Source of the DNA: Planctomycetota bacterium
GTDB taxonomy: Bacteria > Planctomycetota > UBA8108 > SXIK01
Assembly: GCA_965223845.1 (NCBI GenBank)
Contig: CBDCXR010000004.1
Span: 6,816,001 to 6,880,000 of the forward strand
DNA length: 64,000 nucleotides
Direction: 5' to 3'
Part shown: one piece after another, positions 38,620 to 48,574 of the stretch
How positions within the stretch are numbered: the first letter of the stretch is position 1
How the letters are laid out: each line of letters starts with the position of its first letter
Notes under the pieces: generated by a model
Databases searched by the model: none
Told to the model about the DNA's origin: nothing
Seen by the model: the letters and a program-made list of their open reading frames with translations, nothing else
Program-made: the position numbers and the translations under genes

Positions 38620-39348
38620 ATGAAGGTGCTCGAAAACAAGGTGGCGATCGTGACGGGTGGCGGAGGCGGACTCGGGCGCGCGATCGCGCATTCGCTCGCG
38701 GCCGATGGCGCGCGCGTTCTCGTCGCCGGGCGGGACGCCGGGAAGCTGAAGGAAACGGTCGAGCTCGTCGGTAGCGTCGGTGGACTCGCGGTCGCTTGCG
38801 CTCGCGATCTTCTCGAGCCGGGTGGTCCTCGCGCCGCCGTCGACGAGGCGCTCGAATCCTTTGGCGGCATCGATATCCTCGTCAACTGCGCCGGCGTGTT
38901 CGTGTGGAAGAAGTTTCTCGACCAAGCGCGAGACGATTGGGATCGAACGATCGCCACGAACCTATCTCTGCCGTTTTTCATGACACAGGAAGTCGCGCGC
39001 GTCCTCGTCGAGCAGGAGCGCGGGGGCGCCATTCTCAACATCGCATCGATTCACGGCCGGCTCGGCGACCCGAACGTCGTTCCGCACTGCGCGTCGAAGT
39101 TCGGTCTCATCGGGCTCACGGAAGCGACCGCCGAAGCTCTCCGACCGCACAATATTCGCGTCAATGCGATCGCGCCGGGCCAGATCGCGCCCGACAGCAC
39201 ACACACTCGCGGCGAGTCGCCGCAGGAGCTCGTCACTCAGGCCGATTTGGCCACGCTCGCCGTGTTCCTCGTGTCCGATCTCACGCGGACGATTACGGGA
39301 ACCGTCGTCGATGCGAACGGGTCCACGCGGCGGTTGATCAAAGCCTGA
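38620..39348 (+). CDS. SDR family oxidoreductase
   Basis: TGGGGGLG, DILVNCAG, NIAS, HCASK (YxxxK variant), IRVNAIAPG. Confidence 0.92.
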   Translation: MKVLENKVAIVTGGGGGLGRAIAHSLAADGARVLVAGRDAGKLKETVELVGSVGGLAVACARDLLEPGGPRAAVDEALESFGGIDILVNCAGVFVWKKFLDQARDDWDRTIATNLSLPFFMTQEVARVLVEQERGGAILNIASIHGRLGDPNVVPHCASKFGLIGLTEATAEALRPHNIRVNAIAPGQIAPDSTHTRGESPQELVTQADLATLAVFLVSDLTRTITGTVVDANGSTRRLIKA

Positions 39349-39581
39349 AGCCGGTTCTGCCGATTCATCGAGAAGCCGTTGAAGAGCGGAAGGAGCGCGT
39401 CGCCCGAGGATCCGCCGCACGGCCCTACCGACCGAGTTCGGATTCTCTCTCGATGTTCTTCGTCTCGATGCCGCGGGGAACCTCTGTCTGCATCGGCCGC
39501 GAAGTCGGTGCACAGCCGAGGCTTCCTCCTCCAATCGGGCATCGCATCGGGTGAGCAGTTTGCGGAGCGAGAACTCACCAC

Positions 39582-40841
39582 ATGCTGATGACGACGGAGC
39601 AAGTGCTCGAGCGGATCCGCCAGGGTGAAATCCTGAGTGGAGAGCACCTGCCGGACCTGCTCCTCGAGAAGGTCGATCTTCCCGGTGCGCGTCTCCCGCG
39701 CTGTCGACTGAGCGGGGCGCGGTTTATGGGTGCGTCGCTCGAGCGGAGCGATTTCACCGGCGCGGACCTCGAGCGGTCGGATCTCCGTTTTGCGAGCTTT
39801 CGGGGCGCACGTCTCGACGGGGCGTCGCTCGCGCAGGCTAAGCTCCAGCACGCGTGCTTCGAAGACGCGTCGATCGACGGGGTCGATCTCAGCGGCGCGG
39901 AGATCGAACGCACCAGCTTCTCGGGAGCGCGAGTGAGTCGACTCAGCCTCGTCGAAGCGATTTTGAACGATGTCGACCTCTCGGCGATCCGCTGCATCGA
40001 CAGCGCCGAGTTCAGCGAGTCGGATCTCGACTCGGTGTTCTTCTCGTCGATCCACATCGCCGGAGCACGCTTTCGCGACGCCCACCTCCGACTCGTGTCG
40101 TTTCTCGCCGCCGACTTCGACGGCGTCGACTTCACCGGTGCACGTCTCACGCGGGTGACGTTCGGGCGGAGCCACGGCTCGGACGTCCGCTTCCGTGAAT
40201 CCCGCCTCCGCGGGTGCGAATTCGGCGGAGCGCAGCTCCCCGAGACCGACTTCGACCTCGCGCGCATCGAAGCCTGCAATTTCTCCGCCGTGCAGTTTCG
40301 CGGCGCTACGTTCAGAGGCGCTCAGTTCGGCGAGGAAGTTCGCTTCGACGAAGCGCAACTCGACGCAGCCGACTTCTCGCAGGCTTCGCTCGAGGCCGTG
40401 CGCTTCCGGGGCGCAACGCTCCGGGCGGCGACCTTCTCGGGCGCGAATCTCACGCGGATCGACGCCTCGGAGGCGCAGCTCGCCGGCGCGCTGTTTGCGG
40501 GCTCGCGCGTTCACGGAGCGCGCTTCACCGGAGCGTCACTCGCGCATTCCGTCGCGCGTGGCCTCGCTTTCGAGGGCGTCGATCTCACGAACGCGGACTT
40601 CACTGGAGCCGATCTCCGCGGCGCCGATCTTGCGGACGCGACACTCGACGGAGCGATCTTCGCGGAAGCGGATCTCGCCGGCGCGCGGTTCGACTGGGCG
40701 ACGCTCGCGCGTGCGAGCTTCGGACCGACGACGCTCGCGGGCGCGATCGTCCGCGGGAGCCCCGTCGGCGATGGGGACTCGCCGATCGACGGAGCGGCCG
40801 CGGAGCGCTTGTATCGGCTGCGGGACGAGGGAACGCGCTGA
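39582..40841 (+). CDS. Long pentapeptide-repeat protein
   Basis: Almost continuous A(D/R/N)(L/F)xx repeats (ADLERSDLRFASFRGARLDG...ADFTGADLRGADLADATLDG). Confidence 0.92.
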   Translation: MLMTTEQVLERIRQGEILSGEHLPDLLLEKVDLPGARLPRCRLSGARFMGASLERSDFTGADLERSDLRFASFRGARLDGASLAQAKLQHACFEDASIDGVDLSGAEIERTSFSGARVSRLSLVEAILNDVDLSAIRCIDSAEFSESDLDSVFFSSIHIAGARFRDAHLRLVSFLAADFDGVDFTGARLTRVTFGRSHGSDVRFRESRLRGCEFGGAQLPETDFDLARIEACNFSAVQFRGATFRGAQFGEEVRFDEAQLDAADFSQASLEAVRFRGATLRAATFSGANLTRIDASEAQLAGALFAGSRVHGARFTGASLAHSVARGLAFEGVDLTNADFTGADLRGADLADATLDGAIFAEADLAGARFDWATLARASFGPTTLAGAIVRGSPVGDGDSPIDGAAAERLYRLRDEGTR

Positions 40842-40929
40842 CGCGCTGCCGTTTTCCGCGCGGGAGAAGATCGCTCACACAGTCGACGGAACCACGAGGC
40901 CGGAGACTTTGGGGCCGATTCGCGTCAGA

Positions 40930-42930
40930 TCAACGGCGAGCCGCTGCCCGCTTCGCCTCCGTGAGCGCGGCCTCCGCCCCCGCCGTGTCGCCCTGAGCGC
41001 GACGGACCTCCGCGATCTTTTGCCAGAAGCCGGCGACGGTATCGCCCGTGCCGGCGAAGAGACCGCGCGCGGTGCAGATCTCGATTCCCTTTTGATAGTC
41101 GGCGACCGCGCCATCGTGGTCGCCGAGAAGAAAGCGACAGTAGCCGCGGTTCGTCCACATCCCCGGATCTTCGGGTTCGAGAGCGAGGGCGCGTTCAAAC
41201 TCCGCGAGCGCTTCCTTCGTCCGCTTCTGATACGCGAGCGAGAGCCCGCGCCAATGGTGTGAGAACGCGTCGGGCGGTGCGCCGAGCTGCCGGCGCATCG
41301 CGACGTAGCGATCCACGTCGGCGATGGACTCCGCCGGCTTTCCCGAGTGAAGGTTGGCCTCGGCGCGAAGTCGAAACACGGCTGGCTCCGGGATCTTCGT
41401 ACGCGCGAGCAGCTCGATCGCCTTCGTCAGCGCGTCGATTGCGAGTGCGGGTCGTCGCGACCGCACGTAGAGCTCGCCGAGCGTCGCCATCGCTCGGCCG
41501 TGCTCCGGATAGATCGCGAGTGACCGGCGGATCCCGGCTTCGGCACGCTTGAAGAGCTGCTCGGCGGACTCGGGTCCGCTTCGCTTCCCGTTCAGAGTGT
41601 CGATGGCGCGGCGAAGAGTCGTCTGCGCCGCTTTGAGTTGACTCCGCGTGCTCTCGGGCGCCTCTTCCGGCATCGCGAGGTAGAGCGACTCACGATCCGA
41701 CCAGTGGGCGTTGCGGGCGACCGTCTGGACGCCGTAGACGATGCACAGTACGGCGAGCACTGCGAAGTACCCGCGCGAAGCCGAACGGGAAGCGGCGAGT
41801 CTCGACCCGATCCCCGCGACACCGATCGCGAGCGCGAACGAGGGGAGAAAGGCCAGCCGCTCGCCGTAAATCGTCCCGATCGGAAAGAACACGTTCGCCG
41901 TCGGCGAGAACGCGATGAAATAGAACGCCGCGGCACAAGCGACGAGCGGAACTCGTCTCCAGCTCACCGCGGCGACGAGTGCCCCCGCGCCGATCGTTCC
42001 CACCGCCGCGAGCCAAAGCCGGACGTCGCTCAGCGCGCGAACCGGAATCTGGTTGTACGAATAGTCGGCGGAGAAGTTGAGCGGCGCTACCGACTGAATG
42101 AAGTAACGACCGAGGAGTGAGATAGCGTTCAGCGCGCGGATCGGCTCGGATTCCCACGCGAGACTGTTGTCGACGAGCGACGGCCGGCCCGAGGTTTCGT
42201 CGATGACGAGCCACCGAAGGGCGAAGTACACCCCGACCGCGAGCGCCGCCGCACCGCCGCTCGACCACGGGATGCGCTGGCGAAGGATGAAGGCGGTGGC
42301 GACCAGAACGCCGCAAACAACGGCGGTGTTCTCCTTCGCGAGAAGTCCGGCGAACGTGACGACTCCGACGGCGAGCGCCGCGCGACGGTCCGAGCGGAAT
42401 TTTCCGTCGCGATCTAAGGCGAGTGCCCACGCGCCGAGCACGGCGGCCGCGGCGAGCAGCTCTGCTCGCCCGACGACGTTCGCCACCGCCTCGACGTGGA
42501 TCGGAAGAACCGCGTAGAGCGACGCGCAGATAGCAGCGATGCGCGCGTCGCCCGTAAGTCGACGGAGGACGACGAACGCGAGTCCCGCGACCGCCGCGCT
42601 GAGAACGACGTTGACGAGGTGAAATCCCCACGGCGACTCGCTCACGGCCAAGTTCAGAGCGTACGTGAGGAGCGTGAGCGGGCGGTAGTTCGCCGACACT
42701 CGATGCGTTCCCCAGTAATCGTCGGCGAAGATCCGCGCGAGGGAAAACGACTTGAGCCCCTCGTCCTGTTCGCAGATCAGCTCGTCGTCGAAGACGAAAT
42801 CACCGGGAATCGTGTTCGCTGAGACGAGGACCGCGATGACGACGGGGATCCAAGCGAGAGGAGATGCGCCGCGCGCGGCGGCCGCGGGCGGCGCTCCGCT
42901 GCTCTGAACGCCATCTTCTCGAGCGTTCAT
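40930..42930 (-). CDS. TMTC-like (DUF1736) GT-C membrane glycosyltransferase with TPR repeats
   Basis: FVFDD, YWG...YRPLTLLTY, FHLVNV, HVEAVANVVGRAE, LAKE, SADYS, ERLAFLPS, RNAHW, C-terminal TPRs. ATGA overlap with the ldcA stop. Confidence 0.88.
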   Translation of the reverse strand: MNAREDGVQSSGAPPAAAARGASPLAWIPVVIAVLVSANTIPGDFVFDDELICEQDEGLKSFSLARIFADDYWGTHRVSANYRPLTLLTYALNLAVSESPWGFHLVNVVLSAAVAGLAFVVLRRLTGDARIAAICASLYAVLPIHVEAVANVVGRAELLAAAAVLGAWALALDRDGKFRSDRRAALAVGVVTFAGLLAKENTAVVCGVLVATAFILRQRIPWSSGGAAALAVGVYFALRWLVIDETSGRPSLVDNSLAWESEPIRALNAISLLGRYFIQSVAPLNFSADYSYNQIPVRALSDVRLWLAAVGTIGAGALVAAVSWRRVPLVACAAAFYFIAFSPTANVFFPIGTIYGERLAFLPSFALAIGVAGIGSRLAASRSASRGYFAVLAVLCIVYGVQTVARNAHWSDRESLYLAMPEEAPESTRSQLKAAQTTLRRAIDTLNGKRSGPESAEQLFKRAEAGIRRSLAIYPEHGRAMATLGELYVRSRRPALAIDALTKAIELLARTKIPEPAVFRLRAEANLHSGKPAESIADVDRYVAMRRQLGAPPDAFSHHWRGLSLAYQKRTKEALAEFERALALEPEDPGMWTNRGYCRFLLGDHDGAVADYQKGIEICTARGLFAGTGDTVAGFWQKIAEVRRAQGDTAGAEAALTEAKRAAARR

Positions 42931-44042
42931 CGGGGCGCCACGGGTGACTCGAGGAGCGTGAGCGTGAGCGCACCCGCGTCGAGACGAACGCGCGCACCGA
43001 AGGGCAGCGTCACGTGGTCCCGGAGTCCGTGACCCGACGGGAAGCCTTCGACGATCGGCACCCCGAGCGGTACGAAGTAGTCGCGAAACACCTCGCCGAG
43101 CGAGATCGCGCCGCTTTCTCGCCCGCAGCCCGTGAAGCTCCCGAGCACGACTCCGCGCACGTTCGCGAGCTTCCCCGCGAGCCGAAGCTGGGCGAGCATG
43201 CGATCGATGCGAAACGCCTTCTCGTTCACGTCTTCGAGAAAGAGGATCGCGCCGCGCGTGTCGATCTCGTACGGCGTCCCGATCGTGGCCGCGACGAGGC
43301 TCAAGTTCCCACCGGTGAGCGTTCCCTCGGCTCGACCGGGCGCGATCGCGCGCAGGCGCTTCGTTGCGCGTTTTCCCCACGCGCCGAATTCGGACGTTTC
43401 GCCGCGCAGCGCGTCCCAGAGGTACGCCTTCGTGAGCGGGGAGTCCGCGGATCCCTTCGCGACGAGTTCCCGTCCGACCGGCCCGTGGAACGCGATCAGT
43501 CCGGCGCGGCGCTGGACGGCGATGAGAAGCGCCGTGATGTCGCTGTAGCCGATGACGATCTTCGGATCCGCGCGAAGCGCCGCGAAATCGATGCGGTCGA
43601 GAATCCGCGGCGTACCGTAGCCGCCGCGGAGGCAGAGAATCGCGCGCACTTCGGGATCGCGCACGGCCCCGTTGAACGCGGCGGCCCGGGCGTCGTCGTC
43701 GGCGGCGAGGTAGCCGCGTGCGGGGCGATCGGGAATCCACGGCTCCGGCTCGAATCCCTGCCCGCTCAGCGCGCGCATCACCGCGCGGACGGTCGCGTCG
43801 TCGACGGGTCCCGCCGGCGCGACGAGGGCGATTCGGTCGCCGCGGCGAAGGGCCGGCGGCTTCCGATGAGCGGGAGGTCCATCGCTCGAATCTCGCGAGT
43901 GCGCGAGTACGCCGATTCCGGCGACGAGGGCGCCGAGCGCGAGCCAAACGATCACGGCGCGCGTTCGCGACTGGGGTCGAGTGTCGCCTCGACGCGCCGC
44001 GGCGACCACCAGCGAGGAAGATCGAGAAGACTTCGTCGACAT
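42927..44042 (-). CDS. ldcA: LD-carboxypeptidase (peptidase S66) with N-terminal anchor
   Basis: IALVAPAG, RGGYG, GYSDITAL (Ser), GGNLSL, LFLEDV (Glu), GHG (His). Confidence 0.92.
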   Translation of the reverse strand: MSTKSSRSSSLVVAAARRGDTRPQSRTRAVIVWLALGALVAGIGVLAHSRDSSDGPPAHRKPPALRRGDRIALVAPAGPVDDATVRAVMRALSGQGFEPEPWIPDRPARGYLAADDDARAAAFNGAVRDPEVRAILCLRGGYGTPRILDRIDFAALRADPKIVIGYSDITALLIAVQRRAGLIAFHGPVGRELVAKGSADSPLTKAYLWDALRGETSEFGAWGKRATKRLRAIAPGRAEGTLTGGNLSLVAATIGTPYEIDTRGAILFLEDVNEKAFRIDRMLAQLRLAGKLANVRGVVLGSFTGCGRESGAISLGEVFRDYFVPLGVPIVEGFPSGHGLRDHVTLPFGARVRLDAGALTLTLLESPVAPR

Positions 44043-44151
44043 GCCAGGATCGCTCAGCACGCCTTCCGGCGGCGACCGCCGCACCACCGCGGTGAACGCA
44101 GCGCGCTCGCGCGTCGTCCCGCGCGGCGCGGCGAAACGAACTCTCGCTCCA

Positions 44152-46956
44152 TCACGAGTTCCCCCCGCGGAGGCTCGCGATTCGCTCCGCGACCCGTTCG
44201 CGCTCCTTCCCCTCGAGCTTGACGAGACCCCCTTCGAGCCACTCGAGAGTGAGTCGTCGATTCTTCGTCGTCAGGAAGACGGAGTCCGCCGCCTGGAGAC
44301 AGTTCTTGGCGTTCGGCTGCACTTCGAAGAGGCGCCGATGCATCGCCGCCATGCGACGGAGGTCACCCGCCTCTTCGTGCGCTTCGGCACAGTGCGCGAA
44401 CAGCTCCGGGGTCTCGAGCCCCGAGTCGATCGCGTCGCCGAACGAATCGGTCGCATACTTGAACCACCGGCTTTTCTTTTCGTCGCGCCCGAGCTGAAGG
44501 TAAGAGAGACCGAGGAGGTACTGCGCTTCCTGCAGATGCTCGCCGGAGAGGGATCGTTTCGCGCTGATGAAGCGACCCTTCGCGGTCGTCAGTGCTGAGA
44601 TGCGCGTTGTCCGGTTCTTCGAGTTGTTCGCGACGATGTAGTACGTACGCGCCTGCTCGAACTTTTCGTAATCGTCGGCGATCGAGTGCGCCGGCCGGAC
44701 GTCGAGATCGACCTGAACGTAGTTCCCGTGGTGCGCGAACACACGCCCGCGCCAAGCGCCGATCCGCCGCGTGAGAGCGGTCTTCTCCTTCGCCGGAAGC
44801 GTTCGCGCGTCGGTGAGCGCCTCGGTGAACCGGAATTCCGCGTCGTCGAGATGCTTTCGCGCGTCCTTCGCCGTCCGGTTCGTCTCGTACCTCGCGAGGG
44901 CGAGTCGGCCGCGATAGTAGCTGAGTTCCGCGTGGCGTGCGATGCGTTCGGGTTCCGAAGCCGGCGGTTCGTCCGAGCCTCCGACCGGGGACTCCGGCGA
45001 GGTTTCGGATTGCTCGAGCGTGTCGAGATGCTTCGATACCGCCCCGAGGTGTTGAGCCGAGCGACTGTTCACGCCCGCATCCACCGCGATCCACTGGAGC
45101 GCGGCCCGACGACTCGCGACCTCTTCCGACGGGGCGTAGGCTTCGATCGCGACGAGTGCGTCCGCCGCCGGCGAGGCGAGTTCGTGCGCGGCGCGAAACT
45201 GATACTTTTTCTGTGCCGCTTCCGCTTTCGCGAGCGCCGCCGCGGCCTTCGCGAGCGCGAGGCGCGGCGCGTCGACGAAGAGCCGCGTCCACTCGGGCTT
45301 CAGCGCATCGGGAATCTGATCGCGTCCGCCGAGCTCGATCAGGGTGCGGCGGAGCTCGGCGTCCTTTCCCTGCTTGAGGAGTGCGCCCGCGAGCCGGCCG
45401 AGAACGTCCTTGCGGTCGACGTTCGGCCGCTTCAGTGCTTCGGCGTAGAGTCCCTCCGCCGTTTCCCAGTCGGGTTCGGAGAGTCGGGTGTTCGCGTCGG
45501 CGAGCATCAGGATCGCATCGAGGTCGTATCCCGACGCTCCCGCCTCGCGCGCGAGCGAGAGATAGCGCTCCGCGGCGGCGAACTGCTCGAGTCGATACGA
45601 TGCCGTGCCGAGGAAGACGAGCGCCTCGTGGTTGTCGCGCTCGCGCTGGTAGACCTCTCCCGCGGCGGAAATCACCGCCGCCCAATCCTTGCGGTCGGCC
45701 GCCGTCCGCGCCTGCATCAAGAGCTCACTCGCATCGAACGGCTTCGGTTGCGGCGGCTCCGGACGCGGTTGCGCGGTCGGCTGGGGGGCCGGTTCCGGTC
45801 GCACGACCGCCGCGGGGCGAGGCTTCGGTTCGGGGACGACGGGCGCCGGCGCCGGCGCCACGGGGTTCGGAGTTCGGTCGGTGACGTCGTCGCTTCGTCC
45901 GAACCCCAGCTCCTTTCGAAACGTGAAGGCGAGAATCGCAACGAGGATCGCGAGGATGATCCCGACGATCGCGGGCTGACTCGTCGGTCGGCGACGCCGC
46001 CGTCCTCGCCTTCGCCCGCGCCGTCCGCGCGGCGCATCGACCTCCTCCGCTTCTTCCGCGGGAGGCTGGAGCGCGCTGCCGAGGTCGTCGAAGAACTCGC
46101 GCGCCGTCTGGTAGCGCCGCTCGGGATTCCGCTCGAGCGCACGCACGAGAATCGCGAGCAGACGAGGGTAGTCGTTGAGCTCGGGGTTGAGGCTCTCGGG
46201 AAGCGGAGGCGGTCCGGCCTTGAGTCCGCGGAAGACCTCCTTGATGGTCGATCCCGGGTACGGCTTTCGACCGGTCAGCATCTCGTAGAGAATCGCGCCG
46301 ACGGCGTAGAGGTCGGAGTAAAAGCCGAGCGCCTCGCCGAGGAACTGCTCCGGCGGCATGTAGTGCGGGCTGCCGGAAATCGAGGCGGTTGTTTCGCCGC
46401 CGCTCTGGATCGCGGTTGCGATCCCGAAGTCGAGCACGCGCACGTCGTCGTGACTGCCTTCCGTGCTCACCATGACATTGGCCGGCTTGAGATCGCGGTG
46501 GATGATCTTCGACGCGTGCGCAGTGCGAAGCGCGCGGAGGACGCGCTGGACGATCGCGACGGCGCGCGGCGGCGGGACCGTCCCCTCTTCGCGGATCACT
46601 TCCGAGAGCGTCTTCCCGGGGCAGTAGTCCATCGTGTAGTAGAGGAGTCCGTCGTCCGTCGTTCCGACGTCGCGGACCTGCACGATGTACTTGTCGACCA
46701 TCCGCATCGCGACGCGGATCTCGTTCAGGAACTGATCGCGCACCTTCGGATTGCCGCTCAAGTTGGCCGGGAGCAGCTTGAGCGCGAGCTTCTCGCCGAC
46801 CATCCCCGCCGTGATCTCGACGAGGTACACGGTGCCGAATCCGCCGCGGCCGAGCACCTCGATCACGCGGTACTTGTCCGCGATCAAGGAGCCGGGTTCA
46901 CGCTCGGCCGCGTCGCGCGGCGAGGGATCGGCGGGCGTATCGGATCGTTCGGTCAC
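44152..46956 (-). CDS. Hanks-type Ser/Thr protein kinase with TM and TPR ectodomain
   Basis: LGRGGFGTVY, ALK, HRDLKPAN, DFG, GSPHYMPPEQ, DLYAVG; TM; TPR-like helices. Start uncertain (GTG 46956). Confidence 0.93.
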   Translation of the reverse strand: MTERSDTPADPSPRDAAEREPGSLIADKYRVIEVLGRGGFGTVYLVEITAGMVGEKLALKLLPANLSGNPKVRDQFLNEIRVAMRMVDKYIVQVRDVGTTDDGLLYYTMDYCPGKTLSEVIREEGTVPPPRAVAIVQRVLRALRTAHASKIIHRDLKPANVMVSTEGSHDDVRVLDFGIATAIQSGGETTASISGSPHYMPPEQFLGEALGFYSDLYAVGAILYEMLTGRKPYPGSTIKEVFRGLKAGPPPLPESLNPELNDYPRLLAILVRALERNPERRYQTAREFFDDLGSALQPPAEEAEEVDAPRGRRGRRRGRRRRRPTSQPAIVGIILAILVAILAFTFRKELGFGRSDDVTDRTPNPVAPAPAPVVPEPKPRPAAVVRPEPAPQPTAQPRPEPPQPKPFDASELLMQARTAADRKDWAAVISAAGEVYQRERDNHEALVFLGTASYRLEQFAAAERYLSLAREAGASGYDLDAILMLADANTRLSEPDWETAEGLYAEALKRPNVDRKDVLGRLAGALLKQGKDAELRRTLIELGGRDQIPDALKPEWTRLFVDAPRLALAKAAAALAKAEAAQKKYQFRAAHELASPAADALVAIEAYAPSEEVASRRAALQWIAVDAGVNSRSAQHLGAVSKHLDTLEQSETSPESPVGGSDEPPASEPERIARHAELSYYRGRLALARYETNRTAKDARKHLDDAEFRFTEALTDARTLPAKEKTALTRRIGAWRGRVFAHHGNYVQVDLDVRPAHSIADDYEKFEQARTYYIVANNSKNRTTRISALTTAKGRFISAKRSLSGEHLQEAQYLLGLSYLQLGRDEKKSRWFKYATDSFGDAIDSGLETPELFAHCAEAHEEAGDLRRMAAMHRRLFEVQPNAKNCLQAADSVFLTTKNRRLTLEWLEGGLVKLEGKERERVAERIASLRGGNS

Positions 46957-47152
46957 CGGAGACCCTTCCCTGGAAGAAGCGCCCTGCGACGACCGGGGGG
47001 TCGGGAATCCGTAACCTGTTCCCTGGGCGTCGGATGCGAACGTCGACACCGCCGAGATAATCACGGTGGTGCGGCTCTGGCTTCCCTTCCCCGGGGCGGG
47101 CTGGATCCGGAGGGGGGTCGGACGACTCCCCGTCGTGCGGCGCGATGGTTAC

Positions 47153-47181
47153 ATGGTAGGGCCTAAGGCGAGTCCCCTCAA
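47153..47181 (-). promoter_or_regulatory. Putative sigma70 promoter for the kinase operon
   Basis: Minus strand TTGAGG-N17-TACCAT. Confidence 0.4.
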
Positions 47182-47256
47182 CCCGCTACGGCCGCTGAGC
47201 CGCAGTCGCGATCGGGCGTTCGACGGCGAACTCGGGTTCGACCCGAATCCGTCGGA

Positions 47257-48309
47257 CTACTCGATCCGATCGTCGGCGAAGAGCGTCGGAAGGACCTGCG
47301 TCTCGAGACGATTGTCCGTCTCTTCCGCGCCGCCGAAGAACGCCAGCGCCTCTTGCGCCTGATCGAGCGGAACCGGGAAGTGAAGGAGGAGACTCCGGAC
47401 GAGCCCGATGGCCCGATCTTCGAACTGAGGCGGGATCTTCCCTTCTCGTTCGAGATCCGCGAGGAACTGCGCCTCGACCGGCGCACCGAGAATCTCCGCG
47501 GCCAGAGTGAGGATGCAGAAGAGGTGGCGCTCGATGGCCACCCGCCGGGCGATGCCGAGGAGCACCGTCCAATCGACGCGTAGATTTGTGAGCACGCGAT
47601 AGACGTCGACGAGCGTCGCGAGACCGCAGCGGAACGAGCGCTCGAAGATCTCGAGCGCGAGGAGAGCGAGCAGCGGTTCGCCCTTCAAGACTTCGGGATT
47701 GGCCTCGATCGCCGTCGCCTCGACGGGAAACGGATCGATCGACAGACCGGGACGCGGGGCGCAGGACGATCGACAGATGCGAACTTCGACGCCGTCCCGC
47801 TCGAGCGGCGGGAGGTAATGCCCGAGGCCATCGCTGATGCCCGTCAGGTTTTCGACCTCTTCGTAGTTCCCCTTCTTGAGCGCGCGGTAGAGAGTCTGCG
47901 TGTCCTCGACGCGCGTCTGAAGCTCGAGTTGCTGAACGGGTCGCGTGGACGGGTCGTCGCAGAGATAGAACGTCACCTGCGTGCCGCGGAGGAGTCGGAT
48001 CGGAATCCCTTGATCGGAACACCACGCGACGATGTCGTCGAGGGCAGCGCGGTACGCCGCCGTCCGCGTGGTCGCGCAGAGACGCGACAGCTTCCACGAC
48101 GATATGCGTTCCGGACGAATCTCGTTGTGCGTCTCCTCCTTCTCGACGAGCTGATAGAGCATCGGCTCGAGGTGGTTCGCCTGGATGAGCTGGTCGAGCT
48201 GGCGACCCTGATCCTCCGGAAGGCGCTCGATGAGCGTCGGGTCCTTGAGGAGAAAGACCCCGAGACGGCTCTCGAGATTCGGGACGGAATTGGGGTCGGA
48301 GTGGCGCAT
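47257..48309 (-). CDS. Nucleotidyltransferase family (NTP_transf_5-like), catalytic motif degenerate
   Basis: GIPIRLLRG...Y...STRPVQQLELQ...ALKKGNY...HYLPPL and helical C-terminus (LVDVYR...VDW..L..AR), matching the NTP_transf_5 layout. Confidence 0.7.
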   Translation of the reverse strand: MRHSDPNSVPNLESRLGVFLLKDPTLIERLPEDQGRQLDQLIQANHLEPMLYQLVEKEETHNEIRPERISSWKLSRLCATTRTAAYRAALDDIVAWCSDQGIPIRLLRGTQVTFYLCDDPSTRPVQQLELQTRVEDTQTLYRALKKGNYEEVENLTGISDGLGHYLPPLERDGVEVRICRSSCAPRPGLSIDPFPVEATAIEANPEVLKGEPLLALLALEIFERSFRCGLATLVDVYRVLTNLRVDWTVLLGIARRVAIERHLFCILTLAAEILGAPVEAQFLADLEREGKIPPQFEDRAIGLVRSLLLHFPVPLDQAQEALAFFGGAEETDNRLETQVLPTLFADDRIE

Positions 48310-48490
48310 GGAGTTTCGTCGCGCGGAGGAGATAAGCGTGGAGGTCCGGCTCGCTCGCGGGAGCGGCAGGCTAGGCATGCCGGTTCCGAAACCGGTGCCC
48401 CGATCATCGTTACTTCGACCGCACCGCCCGAGACCTTTGGGGAATCGAGAGTCGCTCACGCGCCGGAGGCGCCGCGGTGGAGGACCCCGG

Positions 48491-48518
48491 TTGACTGCGC
48501 CCGGGGAAGGAGTAGCCT
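48491..48518 (+). promoter_or_regulatory. Putative sigma70 promoter for purH
   Basis: TTGACT-N16-TAGCCT, followed by the hairpin TGACTGC-CC-GCAGTCA. Confidence 0.4.
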
Positions 48519-48574
48519 GACTGCCCGCAGTCACTCCGACCATCCTGCCCCGCTGTCCTCGCGAGACTCTTTCC

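Noticed and set aside
47257-48309. Lasso peptide cluster around the NTP_transf_5 gene
   Set aside because: No cyclase, B protein/PqqD or precursor nearby.
48420-48574. ZMP/ZTP riboswitch upstream of purH
   Set aside because: TGACTG occurs, but the GACTGGCG...GGGGAGC core and the 3' CCGCCTGGGC stem are absent. It is better explained as a promoter plus a small hairpin.
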